The notes beneath the pieces are model-generated. The model did not search any database, was not told the DNA's origin, and was given only the letters and a program-made list of their open reading frames with translations. Made by a program: the position numbers and the translations under genes. Positions 32,906 through 32,950 of a stretch of DNA of 32,950 bases are shown one piece after another. The DNA is taken from contig JYFJ02004347.1 in assembly GCA_000934665.2 (NCBI GenBank), positions 1-32,950 on the forward strand, in the 5' to 3' direction. Source of the DNA: Catajapyx aquilonaris. Its lineage: Eukaryota. The number at the start of each line of letters is the position of its first letter. Position 1 is the stretch's first letter.

Positions 32906-32950
32906 TAAGACTATTTCGAAACTTCTCTCTCTCTCTCTCTCTCTCCCCCC

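Overview
Eukaryotic (arthropod-like) genomic DNA. The only host gene I can support is an FBXL2/FBXL20 F-box/LRR orthologue on the minus strand. Four coding exons (26800-26867, 7719-7848, 7468-7631, 7244-7401) splice in frame, with a ~19 kb intron (7849-26799); the first exon and the later LRR exons were not found. Almost everything else is nested transposable-element DNA. Main TE features: (1) a 3.8 kb P-superfamily element (10453-14251) with an 8-bp TSD, ~260-bp TIRs and an intronless THAP-P transposase broken by one stop in the THAP finger; (2) a related 1.75 kb P derivative (19677-21422) built from two head-to-head copies of the transposase 3' end, a ~760-bp-arm hairpin inside the host intron that resembles Mu killer-type silencers; (3) a mariner derivative built from two 5' ends (31269-32066); (4) more than a dozen other palindromic or TIR elements with Tc1/mariner-, Kolobok-, Harbinger- or P-type ends; (5) four tRNA-derived SINEs; (6) small excision-footprint-like scars visible by comparing palindrome arms. 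Superfamily labels for non-coding elements rest on termini and TSDs only.
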